From contig CT868496.1 of assembly GCA_000165425.1 (NCBI GenBank), positions 1 to 64,000 of the forward strand: DNA of 64,000 nucleotides, in the 5' to 3' direction. The DNA comes from Paramecium tetraurelia. Its lineage: Eukaryota. The notes under the pieces were generated by a model. The model saw nothing but the letters and a program-made list of their open reading frames with translations. It was not told the origin of the DNA and did no database searches. Below, piece after piece: positions 1-13,804 of this stretch (position 1 is the first letter of the stretch; each line of letters opens with the position of its first letter). The position numbers were made by a program, and so were the translations under genes.

Positions 1-500
1 ATAATCTTTTGATTTGAATGAGTGTCTATCTATAACATAGTTGTAATTTTCTATAAAATTATATGCCTTTTATTTTTAATTCTTAAAGAAATTTCATCAA
101 GCAAAGGGAAATTTAAATCTATATGAAAAAAAGGTGTAGGAATATTTCCTCTCAATATTTTGTAATAAATAATCTTGGCAAGTAAAATGAGCAAGTTGGA
201 CATTGTTTAATATTGCTAGATGGTAAAAAAGGGAAATTTTAATGATTTTTTCATATAAACTAACTCTACAAATTCTATTATCTTAAGTAAACAATCCAAT
301 GCATCTTTGAATAAACTCTAGGGTGAACCACTAAATTATTTCCAATCCTTTGAATATCCTTATTCATAATGATAATTAGAATTCATGCTAAACAATTTGG
401 AAATGAGTGCATTCATAAATTTGTACTCACTATATATTTATTATGAGACTATGAATAAGCTTAATTAGTCTACTGTTTCTAATACAGTTTTTTTATTCAT
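1..500 (-). CDS. Hypothetical protein, 5' part only (runs off the left edge)
   Basis: Code-6 frame with no TGA from ATG at 500 to position 1 (MNKKTVLETVDQLSLFIVSQQIYSEYKF...). An upstream exon cannot be excluded. Confidence 0.55.
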
Positions 501-758
501 TTTATGGATTTTCTTAATAAAATAACACTTTCAGTATATTTGTTGTTTAATTATTAAGAAATGCAATAGTTAGAATTATAGCTAAGGAAGAGTATTGTTT
601 AAGATATTTTAGTGTATAGCGTTTAAAAAGATATTGAATTTAAAGATATACCTAATCCTCTTAATCTTCGATTTTATATATGTCAAACAAAAATACATCC
701 AAATATAATAATATGATTTTTTTAACATGAACATTAATTAATATTAATTAGTATAAAA

Positions 759-1989
759 ATGTCTTCTCTTGTTCATGAAAGTGTTTATGAAGGAAACTAA
801 CCAATAGAAGCAGAATTAATTTTCATTAATGGGCCTGAATCACAGATTATAGATATGAAATTTTCATCTGTATATTAAATTGTGATTTTAGGATTTAAAT
901 TTCATATTACTTGCCACAGAAGAAGGAATTAAATTGTATAAAATACAAGATGATGAAATTAAAATTAACGAAGAAAATCTTAAAATAGGAAAAATTAACT
1001 CTATTGACTTCTTTGATAATTCAGGAATTGAATTTGTTATTGGTTTAGATTAAAATATTGTTATTTGGGACTTTTATTAACGCTAAGTTATTAAAAAATT
1101 TCCTGTCTTTTAAGCACCATAATAGATTTCATTTTGTAATCCATTTATAATTGCAGGAATGAAATAATAAAATGAAAATGTTATTTTAGTATTAAATGTG
1201 AGAGCTGATTAAGCCTATCGATATTTATATACATAAAACTTAAATGGAGAGCTAATTTATGCAAATAATAATAATCAGTTTAATTGCGTGTTAACTTATT
1301 TAAATTAGCAAGGGAATTCTTTAATCATAGATTTTTTACATTATTAAGCTTTATAAGGAATCAATATCAAAACAATCACAGCAATGTCTGATGAACAAAT
1401 CATTGAATATTAACATTCATCTCTAGCCAAGCAATAAACTACTTCCTAATTTAGATTTTATTCTAGTGTTGGATATATATAAGCTTGTATTGCTATATCA
1501 AGTGATAGTAACTTGCTTGCAGTTTCTCCATTAGTTGACAATTAAAGAATATATATTTTTAGTCTATCACCATAAGAACAACCTAAATTGAAATATCAAT
1601 TATATAGAGGACAAACTAAAAAAATATTGAGTTTATATTTTGGACCAAATGAGATGCTTGCATGCATTAGTTTTCAAAGTAACATTCATAAAACAAAAAA
1701 TGATGCAACTATTCATTTATATTATAAAATGAAAGAAATATTTGACAACGAAAATAAAGATTATAAGAGTTTAACAAGATTATATTTTAGAACTTAATCT
1801 AGTGAAACTACTCATAAAAAAAGAATTAGATTAATGTTGCTTTTGATTACATAAGAAAAATTATAAGTTTTTTCCGGTAATCAATTTAGATTTGAGGAGT
1901 AATTGTAATTGGACTCAAATTTAGTCACAAAAGTGATAGAAAACTATAAGTTATGGCCAAAAATTGATCCAAGATAGAATGATATTTGA
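759..1989 (+). CDS. WD40 beta-propeller, divergent PROPPIN (Atg18/WIPI-like)
   Basis: ATG 759, 22-nt intron 870-891, TGA 1987-1989. ACIAISSDSNLLAVS...KLKYQLYRG...ILSLYFG...TIHLY follows the PROPPIN blade 5-6 pattern around the FRRG motif. Confidence 0.65.
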
Positions 1990-2177
1990 CCAATAATTTA
2001 ATAAAACTCTTCACAAAATTATTGTTATTTTTAATTAAAAAAACTGCTCAATTAATTCATCATGTCTGAACTATATATTTTTTTTATCTTGTTGATATAT
2101 AAAATTCTATATTCAATCAAGTTCTAAGCAAAAGATCCTCAGCTCAAAAATAATATAAATATATTTAATACATATTA

Positions 2178-2738
2178 ATGATGATTCTAACTGGTAGAAG
2201 AAAATCAGAAAAAATAATATCAAGATCATTAAGGCCTTCCTTATTTTTAAATGAATTCGATTTATCGTCCATGCTCTAAACATCTTCAGTGAAAACAGAA
2301 GCTAATATTAACCAAGTCTCAAAAACAGAAGCCTAACAAATTCAAAATTCATTAAGTGTAATCCCTGAAAACCCTACATTTTTACTGCTACCATAAATTG
2401 AAGAGAAATTTGTTCTAAAATCCAAGGAAGTTAATTTTTCTAAAGAAAAAAGAGAATCAAAACTTTTAAAAAATGTGGCTTCGGAATAACTATTACAATA
2501 ATCAAAGCTTGATCTTAAGTTACCACTTATATAGCAAAGTCCATAAATTAAGACATTACCTAGACATTCGAGATAAATTACTAGTGAAGATCTTAAAAAA
2601 GTCGAATTTAGACCTTCAATTATGGTTATTGACTTTATAAATAACATTGTGAAAAAAGACAAAATTGATGGAAGTTCCAAACCTTTAACTAAGAAACTTT
2701 AGAGATAGCAGACTAGATTTATTAAATAAAGTTTATGA
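2178..2738 (+). CDS. Hypothetical protein (~186 aa)
   Basis: Uninterrupted code-6 ORF MMILTGRRKSEK...RFIKQSL*. No domain recognised. Confidence 0.65.
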
Positions 2739-3508
2739 TTATATTAACCTTAAAGCCTGAATCTTATTTTTTTATCATAATTTAAACATTTCCATAAATT
2801 TAATTAAGTTTAACACTCAGTATAAAATATCATTTAAAGTCTTGTTTTATAAAATAAGTGCATTTTAGAAAACAATATCCAAAATTTGGATATAGCTTTG
2901 TGTTCTAAATCAATTAATAACAAATATATTGTTATTCTGATTATAATAAGATACATAATCTAAGTAACAATTAAATTTTTGCTTTGATATATATATAGAG
3001 TTGCATTGAATTACAATCTCAGTTCATTGTTATTATTTAATTTAATTCAAAAAAAAATAAGAACAAATTTAAATTATTTTCTGGCCCTTCTAAAAAAATA
3101 TTTTCGATCCTTTTTCTCCCTAAAATCATAATAATGTTAATAAAAAATGTTCTCCTTTCTTTTAAATATTAGTCATCCAAAATTTGTTAGAATTAGAATT
3201 AGATTTTTCCGACCCAGATGCAAATTGCAACATTCCCAAAACATAAAAGTTTGATGTATGCCTCAAAATTACTATATAATTATTAACCACTATCATCTTG
3301 TTAAGAAATTTAAGATTATCTTTTTTTATATGTCTCAACAAGAAGAGGAGCAATTTAATACTTAAAAAATTATATGTTTTTTTTTTAATCTTTATTGTCT
3401 CTGTTTATTCTATTGACAGATATTTATAAGTATTAATTACGCACTTTAGAAGTAACTGTAAGTAAAGAAAAAGATGGTTAAATAAATTATTGTTGAAGTT
3501 ATAAAATA

Positions 3509-6500
3509 TCAATCATCGTTCATTAGTCGTTGTAAGGTTTTTGATTTTTTCATGCTTGCTTTTATGGATATTTGCTTTTATTAAAACTACAGCTGAATCT
3601 TTTTAATTATTCCGTCATAATTAAATATTGGAAAATAAATTGCCATAATGAATTACTTATCAAGATCAAAATCACAGTATTCAACTGTCCTTTCTTCAGC
3701 CTCTTCCATAATTATGACCATATCTTCATTTTCATTAGAATTTACATATTGAGCTTTGGATGTTCTTGAATTTAGAGTGCCTGCAACGCTTGAAGAATTC
3801 TTCTTTTTCCTAGGACTAGCAGCTAGACTAATTTATTTTTATAAGCTTTTTTGTTTATATAAGCTTACACTAGCCTAACTTGTATAGGATATTTTTTTAT
3901 TAGATGTAATTCCTAGATTTTAATCAATACTTCTCCAACTATCAAGTTTAGAATTTTTTCTTAATTCTTTCGATTCATTTAATTACGATTACACAAATTA
4001 AATTCTTCTTTCAATATTTTAAGAATTTTCCCTTTTTAATTTTCTTAAGATAGGGGTGTTGTCTGTTTATTTCGCATTTGACTAACTATCCTTTTTTTTA
4101 TTTATGCTTAATTTCTAGGATATTTAAGGGGAAGGGATTGATTGATGAGGAACAATTGGAGGCATTTAACCACTATAAGTCAATACATCATTAGAAAAGC
4201 TATCGCTTTATTTTCTAATATTATCTCTATTTGTATTGCTTTTAACAGTAAAAGTATCATTTAGAGCAGTCTACTCTCTTTAAGTATTTTATCTTTATTA
4301 TCCACTGCCATTTTATTAATCATCTACATCTAATGCAAATCCTAATTGTTGTAAATAAGCATCAGTAATATCTAGCTAATGAATAAATTTTTCATTTATT
4401 ATCATCGCCAGTGCACACTCTTAAATATCACTGATTTTTTTTCTGGAAGTATATCTAAATATATTCCTATCTGAAAATAATCGATTTTATTCTTTGGTTT
4501 CTTTAAATTTGTTCATAATTTTTGTTTTATTAACTTTTATAAATACAAATGGACATTTCTCAATTGAATGAGTCCATTCACAAACCTCACAAACATTTCC
4601 AAAAGTTTTATAATTTTCATTAAATATCAGATTGTCTTGTAGCATCTTGATTTTTTCAAGATCTTCTTAATGATCTCCCAAAATGTGTTGAAGATCTGTG
4701 TATTCAATATACACTACTTAAGAGAATTTAGAGGCTTTTAAATATGTGATGTAAGTTGTTTATGAAGCAAATTCTCGTTCTCCAATAACTCCTTTTTTCC
4801 AACTTTTTAAGACAATATCATTGGCCATCAATTCTAACTTGCCTTTAACTAAGAAAATTAATTTGGATGCTTGTTCATTTTATTTCCAAATGATCTCTTC
4901 AGGTGCAAATTTTTATTCATGTGCCACCAAACATAATTTTTATAAACAAGACTCGCACAAATTCTAAAGCACTTTAGATTATTTTAGTATGGAACAATAT
5001 AAATCAAATGTTACTTTCTGTTTTAATTCAACTGTCAATTTTTACATCAATTCTTCTGCTTCAATCTAGGACTTTTCTTCTAATTATAAATAATGCTCAA
5101 AATATTTCCTCACTTGCAATTATAATTGTTTGTTTAGTTTTCGACTCTTCACATAATTAGTAACCAATGACATCTTTTCTTTAAACACTTAATTTTTCTC
5201 TTGCAGTTATTTAATTATCTCTCCAACAGTTGACACACTGTATCCTAATACACCACAAACCAATAAGGCCAAAAATATAGTATATATTTTTTCAGGGATT
5301 GTTTGAGGGGTTATATCTCCATATCCTATTGTTAATGTTGTAATTGCAGAATAATAAAATGAATAAATATATTTAATTCTCCAATCGGAATCATCAATTT
5401 GATAATGAGCAATCCATGAATGCAGTCCATATTCTAATTAAGTTTCTCCTAAAAATGCCCACATACAGGCACAGAAATGGCAGGTTATTAAAATGAAATA
5501 TATCAATTTAATTAATGAGATTACTGCCTTAACTTGTTGATTTGGATTGATAATCTCTTCTATATTGCCTGCTATTTTTGGTAATCTAAAGATTCTCAAT
5601 AGTAGAGCATATTTAAAAAATGAAAAATTCAAAGATGAAAGTAAGATTGGGATTACTATTATGATATCAAGAATTAATGTTCCTCCCTTAAGGTAATTCT
5701 TAAAGATTTCTATTTGATTTCTATGTATAATTCCTTTTGCATAATAAGCTGTTTGTAATGTAACAAAAATATCCACTACGAACAACCACGAAGGAAGTGT
5801 GTTTAAACATAATTAAGTCATTTAATCCATATCAACTGAGAAGCTCAATTCTAATGGTATGTAGACAATATTAATAACGATTGCTAATAGTACTATGATA
5901 TCCCAAGTTAATTTAATAATTGAGTCAGGCTCAATGATAGGCAAATATTGTATTTTATTCAACATTTTATCGATGCATTATATAGTTTTAACCGTTTTTT
6001 TATGATATTAATTATCTCTCTGTCTAAGCAACTCATCAGTATCCGATCCCAAGTCCCGAATGAGATCCAGAATCCTTCTTGTTAATAGTTTAAATTTTAT
6101 TTTATTTGCACTTGTTTTCAATTATCTTGCGAATTTTGATATATAATATATAATATTTAAAGATTTGTTTCTCCATACATTGTTTAATTTCCCAAATTTA
6201 TTAGATGCTTGTTTAATTATATTTGATTTCTACGCACCAACTTAACTATTTGAATTTCTATCATATTATTGAATTTACTTGTGTGCATGAAAGGATCCTT
6301 ATGATAAAAATGATTATTCAATTAGTTCATCTTCCACGTTCTTATCTCCTTACAATGAATTTCTGTCTTGATTATCTCCATATAGAGATTTATTTTTTAG
6401 GATTCCTTTCAAAGGGCCTGAAGTCTAATAAAATTATCTCTTTCTTGATTGTACAATAAATAATTACTTAAGTTGAAGTGGGAGAGTGAGAATTAGAAAC

Positions 6501-6512
6501 AGGGTTTAGCAT
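3509..6512 (-). CDS. Voltage-gated K+ channel with cyclic-nucleotide-binding homology domain (EAG/HCN-like)
   Basis: S1 KLTWDIIVLLAIVINIVYIPLELSF, S4 LLLRIFRLPK, HFCACMW, pore YYSAITTLTIGYGDITP, then C-linker and CNBD. The start requires a probable 28-nt intron near 6441-6468. Confidence 0.92.
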
Positions 6513-7372
6513 TATTAATTTATAATTAGATAAATTAATCCAATTATCAAATTTCATCATTTGATAAACTAACCAACTTCATAGAGTTTATTATAATTAC
6601 AATATTAGAAATTACATATCCAATTCCAGATAAAACATTGAAATAATAAAACAACTCCGAATTTTGATTTTTATAATTTAAAAGACCAATTGTTGAGACT
6701 TATACCTTTGATTAGAATGAAATACCATTCCTACACCTGAAAATTAATTTAATTATTTTAATTCTGCTTTAAAAACAATTATTTGCCTTATTTATACATA
6801 ATAATAAATTTTAGAAAAAGTGTAATAATATCGTTCTTCCTTGTTTTTACTTTTGCAATAATTCTGTAAAAATTTCATCGAAACATTAATCTCTATTCAT
6901 AAATTGCTGTTTAATATTTTGTCTTTGAATCAAAAAGAGTTAAACTAAAAATTTGATTTATACTGAAATCGATATATATAAATACTTATATCATTGAAAA
7001 TAATTACAAAATTTCTAATCTATCCTACCAAAATAAAGAAGGAAATTCGATATTGATAACACTATAAAGGAATAAAATGTGAAAACAACAGAATCTTTAT
7101 TCCTCTAAAATTTCCCAGTAAACCCATTAAGAAAGTGATTATATAAATTATAGTAACAAAATCAAAATTATTAAAATTTAGATGCGATGCAATTGAGCTA
7201 TTTTTTTATTCTTAATACTATTCATTAAGTTAATAAATTGTGGATAAAATTAATCATGAAGAATTTCCTTACACAAATGCCCATTTGTAAGGTTACTTTT
7301 AAAAAGTAGAATATGAAAAAGCTATTTTATAGTTACTTCTTAAAATCCTTAATTAAAAAGGCATTCCCAATT

Positions 7373-8176
7373 TCATCTTAGACATACTTCCATGTAAACT
7401 TAACTTATGTTCATAAATCTGTTTTCAGCCTAGGGTTTAATTTTGTCACCAATCAAAATATATTTAATAAGAGAAAGTAAATAAGTAAGGGTAGCAAAAA
7501 ATGAGAAATGGACACAGTTTTCACTCCGTATATAATATTATCCATTTACAAAGGTAATATGATTTAGGTATATCGTAGCTAGTATAGCTTGTATGCTATG
7601 GAATATAAGGGTGATTAAATATATCAATTTGTTTTTCTCACCAATACATTTGCCAAGTATAAAATTGTGATGATCGTATGCTAAAATGCAAGCCCCACAT
7701 TTTACACAGTGACGAGATCTTAAGATTTGATCAATCAAACACGAAATGCAATATAGCTATTCTAAATATACAACAGATTATGGTTATGGTTTAGACTATT
7801 TTTCTTGTAATTATGAATTATCCTATTAAATGAGGGAAGGGATTTCAATTTATTTTTCTTCCTTTATTGATTCATCTTCTTTGATTGAATTAAGATGCTT
7901 TCTTTTATAAATTACAAGAGATGATTGCAAAATTTTAGCAGCTGTCTTATTGGTTTTATCAGTAAAATGAAATTATTTATCTCCTTGAGGAGTAAAAACT
8001 TAAACTTTTTATTCGCTATTGATTTAAGTCGAACAAAGAATACCAGGTCCTTTGAAAAGCAAAAAGAAAAAGCTGAGTGTACTCAAAATCGAAAATATTC
8101 TTGAAATAATAATAGCATAAATACTTACAAAGATAATGTTACTCGGCATGAAATACATATCATCATCTAAAAGCAT
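7373..8176 (-). CDS. DHHC-family palmitoyltransferase-like protein with DHHN at the active site
   Basis: CISC...RSRHCVKCGACILAYDHHNFILGKCIG..N with flanking TM segments. The 3' end is uncertain (7373, or 7425 if a 20-nt intron is spliced). Confidence 0.8.
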
Positions 8177-8368
8177 ATATATAATATTATTCTTATTATA
8201 GTCAACATATAATTAATATTATTTAATTAGTAATCTATAAAATGAAACTAAAGTAAAGAGAATCCATACTCAATTCATAGGTCAGAGGCTTAATAATAGA
8301 ATGGTCTTAAATTAGATAACCTTAGTTACTGCATATTTATATAATAATCAAATATTAAAATAAATAAA

Positions 8369-9661
8369 ATGATTAATCATTTAGAGTAAAATTGTGAATA
8401 CCTCCATCATTTGCAAGATGGGCAATGTTTTCATGATGATCTATTCCCTTTAACTCTTTACAATAGTCTAGGATATCTATTAATAATCATCATATTGGGT
8501 TTATCAACAGTGGGTGGATTGGGAGGAGGAATTGAAAAAATACCAATCTTAATTGTAATGCTGAATTTTTCTCAATCTAAAGCAACACTCTATGTGTATG
8601 TATTGACCTTTGGAACCAATCTAGTTAATTTTCTCATGCTTATATACTAAAAGCATCCCTTAGCAGATAAATAAATAATTGATTATGAACTTTCGCTTAT
8701 ATTATTACCGACTGCTTTATTTGGAAGTGCTTTTGGGAATATATTACATTAGATTTTACCAGACATCTTCCTGATATCTATTCTTATTGTTTTTTTCTCA
8801 ATTTTTGTTCCAAAATTGTACATTAAAGCTAAATAAAATAGAGAATAAGAAATGCAAGTTGATAATAAATAAAAGACAGTCATTAATTAAGAAGTAACAC
8901 ATTTAATTGCTGAATAATATAAATCAGAAGACTAACAGATAATTCCTTTATATAAATTTTTGCTATTGTTAATAATATTTATGATAGTTTAATGTGTTTT
9001 AATGATTAGAGGAGGAAAGAAATAGCAATCTTTTATAGGAATATAATATTGTTCAGATGGTAAATTAATAAATAATAACTAGGCAGTCTATTGGATTACT
9101 ACTGGAATGATTATTGTAGTATTATTGTTGATTTCTTATGGAATCAAGTATCATTTAGGTAGAGAAACAAAAACAAAAATAGAAATAGGATATTTCAATG
9201 AAAAAGTGGATTTTAATTTTATTGAATCAAAATTCTTCATGATTGTTTGGATCTCTGGGTTTTTAGGAGGAATTATGGGAGGAATGACAGGAGTAGGAGC
9301 TGGAGCCATTATTGTTTCAATTCTGATCCTTTAAAACGTCAATTCTAGAGTAGCATCAGCAACAGGAGGATTTCAAAAGTTGTTTATTTCCTTGTTTACG
9401 ACAATCCTCTCATATTAATAAGGAGATTTGAATAAAAATGAAATTCTATTTTTTTTTATTCTTGGATTGCTTAGTGGATTACTGATTGCAGGACCAATGT
9501 ATTACTATTTAGAATTAAACCCAAAACAAAATTATTTAGTAATCTACTTGGTGTGTATATTCTTGGTTATAAGTGCTATTTCAGGTGCCATTTATATATT
9601 TAAAGAAATTGTTATAATGGATAGATGGAATAAAATGATTTAAACTCATACATTTTGTTGA
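8369..9661 (+). CDS. Sulfite exporter TauE/SafE family membrane protein
   Basis: STVGGLGGG and GGMTGVGAG glycine motifs, HP...IIDYEL motif, many TM helices, one short intron near 9060. Confidence 0.85.
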
Positions 9662-9694
9662 GTATAATTTTTATTATTAATTTTAATAAAAAAT

Positions 9695-11411
9695 ATGTAA
9701 TAATCTAGTTTTTATATTCTTCATTTTAATGATGTCTACGACATTGAAGAGTAATTACATGAACCAAAAGGAGGAGCAGCCAGATTTTTATATGTTATGA
9801 ATTAACTTAAATAAAATTTGCCAAACTCCTTAACCTTATTTTCTGGAGATGTCTTTAGTCCATCCAGTTTGACTCATATTTATCATGGTACTATAAATTC
9901 AACTCAAATAGGTTCCCATATAATATACCCACTCTAACAATTTAACATTGATGTAGCTTGTCTTGGCAACCATGACTTTGATTTTCCATTGGATCAATTA
10001 GAAGATTTACTCGAACAATCAAACACACCATGGATATTGAGTAATGTTTATGATAAAATAACTCAAAAGCCCCTAGCAAATGTACTTCCATATAAAATAT
10101 AATCAATTGGAAATTTTAATATTGGATTCATCGGATTAGCTGAAGAAGAATGGTTAGGTTTGATAACTGACATTCCTGCAGCTCAAATAGAATATAGAAA
10201 CTTTATTGATGCTGCTAATGAGCTTTGCAAATATCTTAGGAATGATCTTCAATGCAATTTCATTATTGCCTTAACACATATGAGAATTCCTAATGATTAA
10301 ATTTTAATTAATGCTCTAGACGAGGGATTAATAGATTTAGTTTTGGGAGGACATGATCACCTATGGCATCATGAGTAAATAAAACAGACATTTTATTGTA
10401 AAAGTGGAACCAACTTCAGGAATTTAGGATTAATTAAAGTTTCTCCAAAAAATAATGATGATTTATTTCAGCCACAAACATTAAATTTATAATTTGAAGT
10501 TCCCCAGCCTATACAATATTAATTAAAAGAATATAACATTAGTTATTATCCAATTAATATTTATGGTAAAATTCCAGTTGACCCAATTATGGATGAATTT
10601 GTACAATAAAAAATTAAAGTTTACAATGAAAGTATTTTTATAAATGAAAATTAGAAACTTAAAAAATAATTGGATTTATAGAAAATGATCTTGAAGCAAG
10701 ATTTGTTATAGTAAGAAGTGAAGAGACAACAACAGCTAATTTATTTTCAGACATAATTAGATTAGAATTTTAGACTGACATAGGTTTTATATTAATATAT
10801 TTATATTCTAGCTTTGATAAATTGTGGTACTATTAGAGCAGATGAGTATTTTTAATCTGGCCCTATCACATATCAGACTCTAGACAAACTATTTGCCATT
10901 CCAGATAATCTTGTAAGCTTTAAAATCTCAGGAGAAAAACTATTACATTTACTAGAGATTAGGTATCAAAATTTATTATTATTTTAGCGTATCTAAACTT
11001 CCTTCAACTGATGGAAGATTTTTAGGAGTTTCAGGAATGAAATTTGAATACTCACTTTAAAAAAATCCAATGAATAGGATTTCTGCTGTAACAATTAATA
11101 ATGAACCCTTGGATTTATAAAAAATATATACCTGTGCCACAAAATAATTTATAGCTGAAGGAGGTGATGGATATCCAATGTAAACTGAATTCTTACTTGA
11201 TAAAACATTAGGAATTTAAATAAAATCTGTCTTTGTTTAGTTTTTTGAAGGAATCAGGAAATTAAAAATAAAGTTTAATACTCTGGAAGATTTAGAATAA
11301 ACTAAATATAAAAGATATATGTCAATAATATCAGGACTAAAAGAATATTAAGGTGATATATATATAACAGTGAATCCATAAATTGAAGGTAGAATTAAAG
11401 TATTTAATTGA
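9695..11411 (+). CDS. 5'-nucleotidase/apyrase-type calcineurin-like metallophosphoesterase
   Basis: ILHFNDVY, GGAARF, LFSGDVFSPS, LGNHDFD, LTH, LGGHDH, N.GTIR and GGDGY motifs. Four short introns. No signal peptide. Confidence 0.92.
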
Positions 11412-11533
11412 TAGAAGTGTATATTATGATTAATTGTAAATACTTTTAATTTTTCTAAATTTAACAGAGTATATTTATGCATTAAAACTACATTTCATAA
11501 TTTATTTAAAATATAATTTATAAACACATAAAT

Positions 11534-12002
11534 TCATTTCTTCTTCTTTTATTTCACTTAGGATGATGATTTTTCATCATTATTTATAATTGTATTGGGA
11601 GCTATACTATTCTATAATTCTAAAACTTGTTTCATGAATTCAGAATTTTTATCTTTCACTAATGACCTTAAATCTTTATTTTGTTAGGCTTGCTTACAAA
11701 TTTCTATTTTTAATTGTGATTATAAAATACATTAAAAATGGCTATGCTCTGAAGTTATATCTTTTGAAATTTTGGTTATAAGACTTGAAAAAGAGCTATT
11801 GCCAAAAGAGTCTATGTATTTATCTAAAGCATCAGAAGTTTAAGGATCTAAATATTTATTCCTTAATTATATACACTTTTACTAGTTGTTGCATTTTTTT
11901 CATTTTCTCATCACTTTCTTTATTTTCCTAAGTTTATTTATTTTGCTTTGCTTATTTTGTTTGTCTTGCAAATTGATATCCTCTAGTAATCAATTTTAGC
12001 AT
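11534..12002 (-). CDS. Small hypothetical protein, possible mitochondrial presequence
   Basis: MLKLITRGYQFARQ... start and ...QKKKK* end. Needs short introns, and the first junction is not resolved exactly. Confidence 0.55.
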
Positions 12003-12173
12003 TTTTATTTAATAAAATTAATAAAAATAGAGACATAAATATAAAAATTATTTCAAATGTAGATAAATAAATATTTGTTTCGAGGTTGTAAATAGATGAA
12101 GAACTATTTGAAGCTGAAGAATTAATATTATGAAAGAATACTTAATGAAAATATTGTAAGTCTCTTATATTAT

Positions 12174-13652
12174 TCATATTAAAATGCACGATTGTCTATC
12201 CAATTGTTATTATAGGGATGTTGTGGATAATTTGGTTACAGGGTAATTTTGTCCAAAAGCCTAGTTTGTAGGTTAAGATGCAGAATAATTAAAACATTAT
12301 TTATTGTATTTATCTTAAAACAAACAGTCTTTAATTTGGGTTTATTCATTTAACAACTAGGTACGCCTGTAATTTAAAGATTCTAAATCCTTTTTACTTT
12401 GATCGATCTGTTATTAACGTAAAAGATTTTCATTTTAAATTTTTTATCGTTCTTTTTAATCTTAAAGTTATTTTTTCTCAATTGCTAACATCCTATTCAT
12501 TATTGTTTACTTTTGAATGATTAAATTGTTTTGGAGTAATTATGAATTAATCTTTAAGAAATCTTTGATTTAAATAATATCTTCTTCTTACGATACAAAT
12601 TTAAAAATCTTTAAAAAGATGTCAATTTCGATTTTCTAATTATTTTTCCACCCTAATATTGCTGCAATCTCTTACATTTAATCTAATAATTCAAGATGCC
12701 AAGAAAAAGCGTTTAGATGAAGCTATTTTTTTATAAGTAATTCTATGATGTAAAATTTCTCATACAACGCTTCTATACTTTATTAATTTAAATTATTCAG
12801 AAAATTATCGATATGCCAACAGATTTCGCTAACTAAATTTTACATAATTGAATTGCATTTGTTATGAATTAAGTTTGCTAGCTCTGCTTATTTTTAAAAT
12901 TGAGTTGGTTTAAATTTGATCGGATTTGATTTTTCAATAACTTTCCATATTTATTTTCTATTTGCTTAGTTAAATATCATTTCAAGGTCTCTGTCATCTT
13001 TTATTTTTCTTATTACTGCTATATTTTCATTTGCTGTTTCTTAAAATTCGCTCAATTAATATTTTACATCAACAATAAGATCTTTATCATTTAAATCATC
13101 CATATACTAATTGAGCACTAATGTTACTGAGGAAAAGTCTGATGTTTTTTAGCCAAAGCATCGAGCAATAAAGCTCTAAATTTCAGTAGCTCTATTAGGC
13201 AAAATTCCATCAGTAGTTTTAATAACATTAATGATTCTAATAGGAGTTTTTATCACTAATCTATTGAACAAGATTGATATAAAAGATTATGACATAGCTC
13301 CTTCCGTATCATTAAATCCAGGAAAGTCAATTAATAAGCAGTTATTATTTTTATTATAGTAATAATGAGGTTCCTTTGTTACTGATTTTACTCCATTCGC
13401 CATATCTGAAGCATATTTTTGATTAGGGTATTTTAGAGCGAGAAATTTAGATTTTTTATTTTCTTCTTATTTTATTTAGAATTCAAACCCTGAGAGGAAA
13501 TTAAATAAGGTGCTTTTCCCATTTGCTGTATATCCTACAAGCATTGCGACTGTTAAATTTTAAGATAACTATTTATCAAATGTTATCAACAATTCACTTA
13601 TCCTATCAATCATCTTTTCATATATTTGGTATTAATCATTTTCTTAAATCAT
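12174..13652 (-). CDS. P-loop GTPase (AIG1/MMR_HSR1-like) with coiled-coil tail and C-terminal CaaX (CILI)
   Basis: 1479-bp intronless ORF. G1 GYTANGKST, G2 KSVT, G3 IDFPG. Ends ...RQSCILI*. Confidence 0.88.
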
Positions 13653-13804
13653 ATTAATAATGATTTTTTCGAATAAAATTAATGTTAAATACACAAATAC
13701 ATTCATTTTTTAATAGAATTACAAATTATTCAAAATAATATATTTTAAATTTGCTTTATTGAATATTTATACTAGTTAAATAAATAGATTCAAGCCAAAC
13801 TCAA

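Noticed and set aside
2..480. + strand frames with internal TGA (188-190, 370-372) as possible selenocysteine or readthrough
   Set aside because: The minus strand has an uninterrupted frame over the same region, and no SECIS or selenoprotein motif was seen.
3130..3500. Short open frames on both strands
   Set aside because: No convincing start, homology or coding composition. TGA-free stretches arise easily in code 6.
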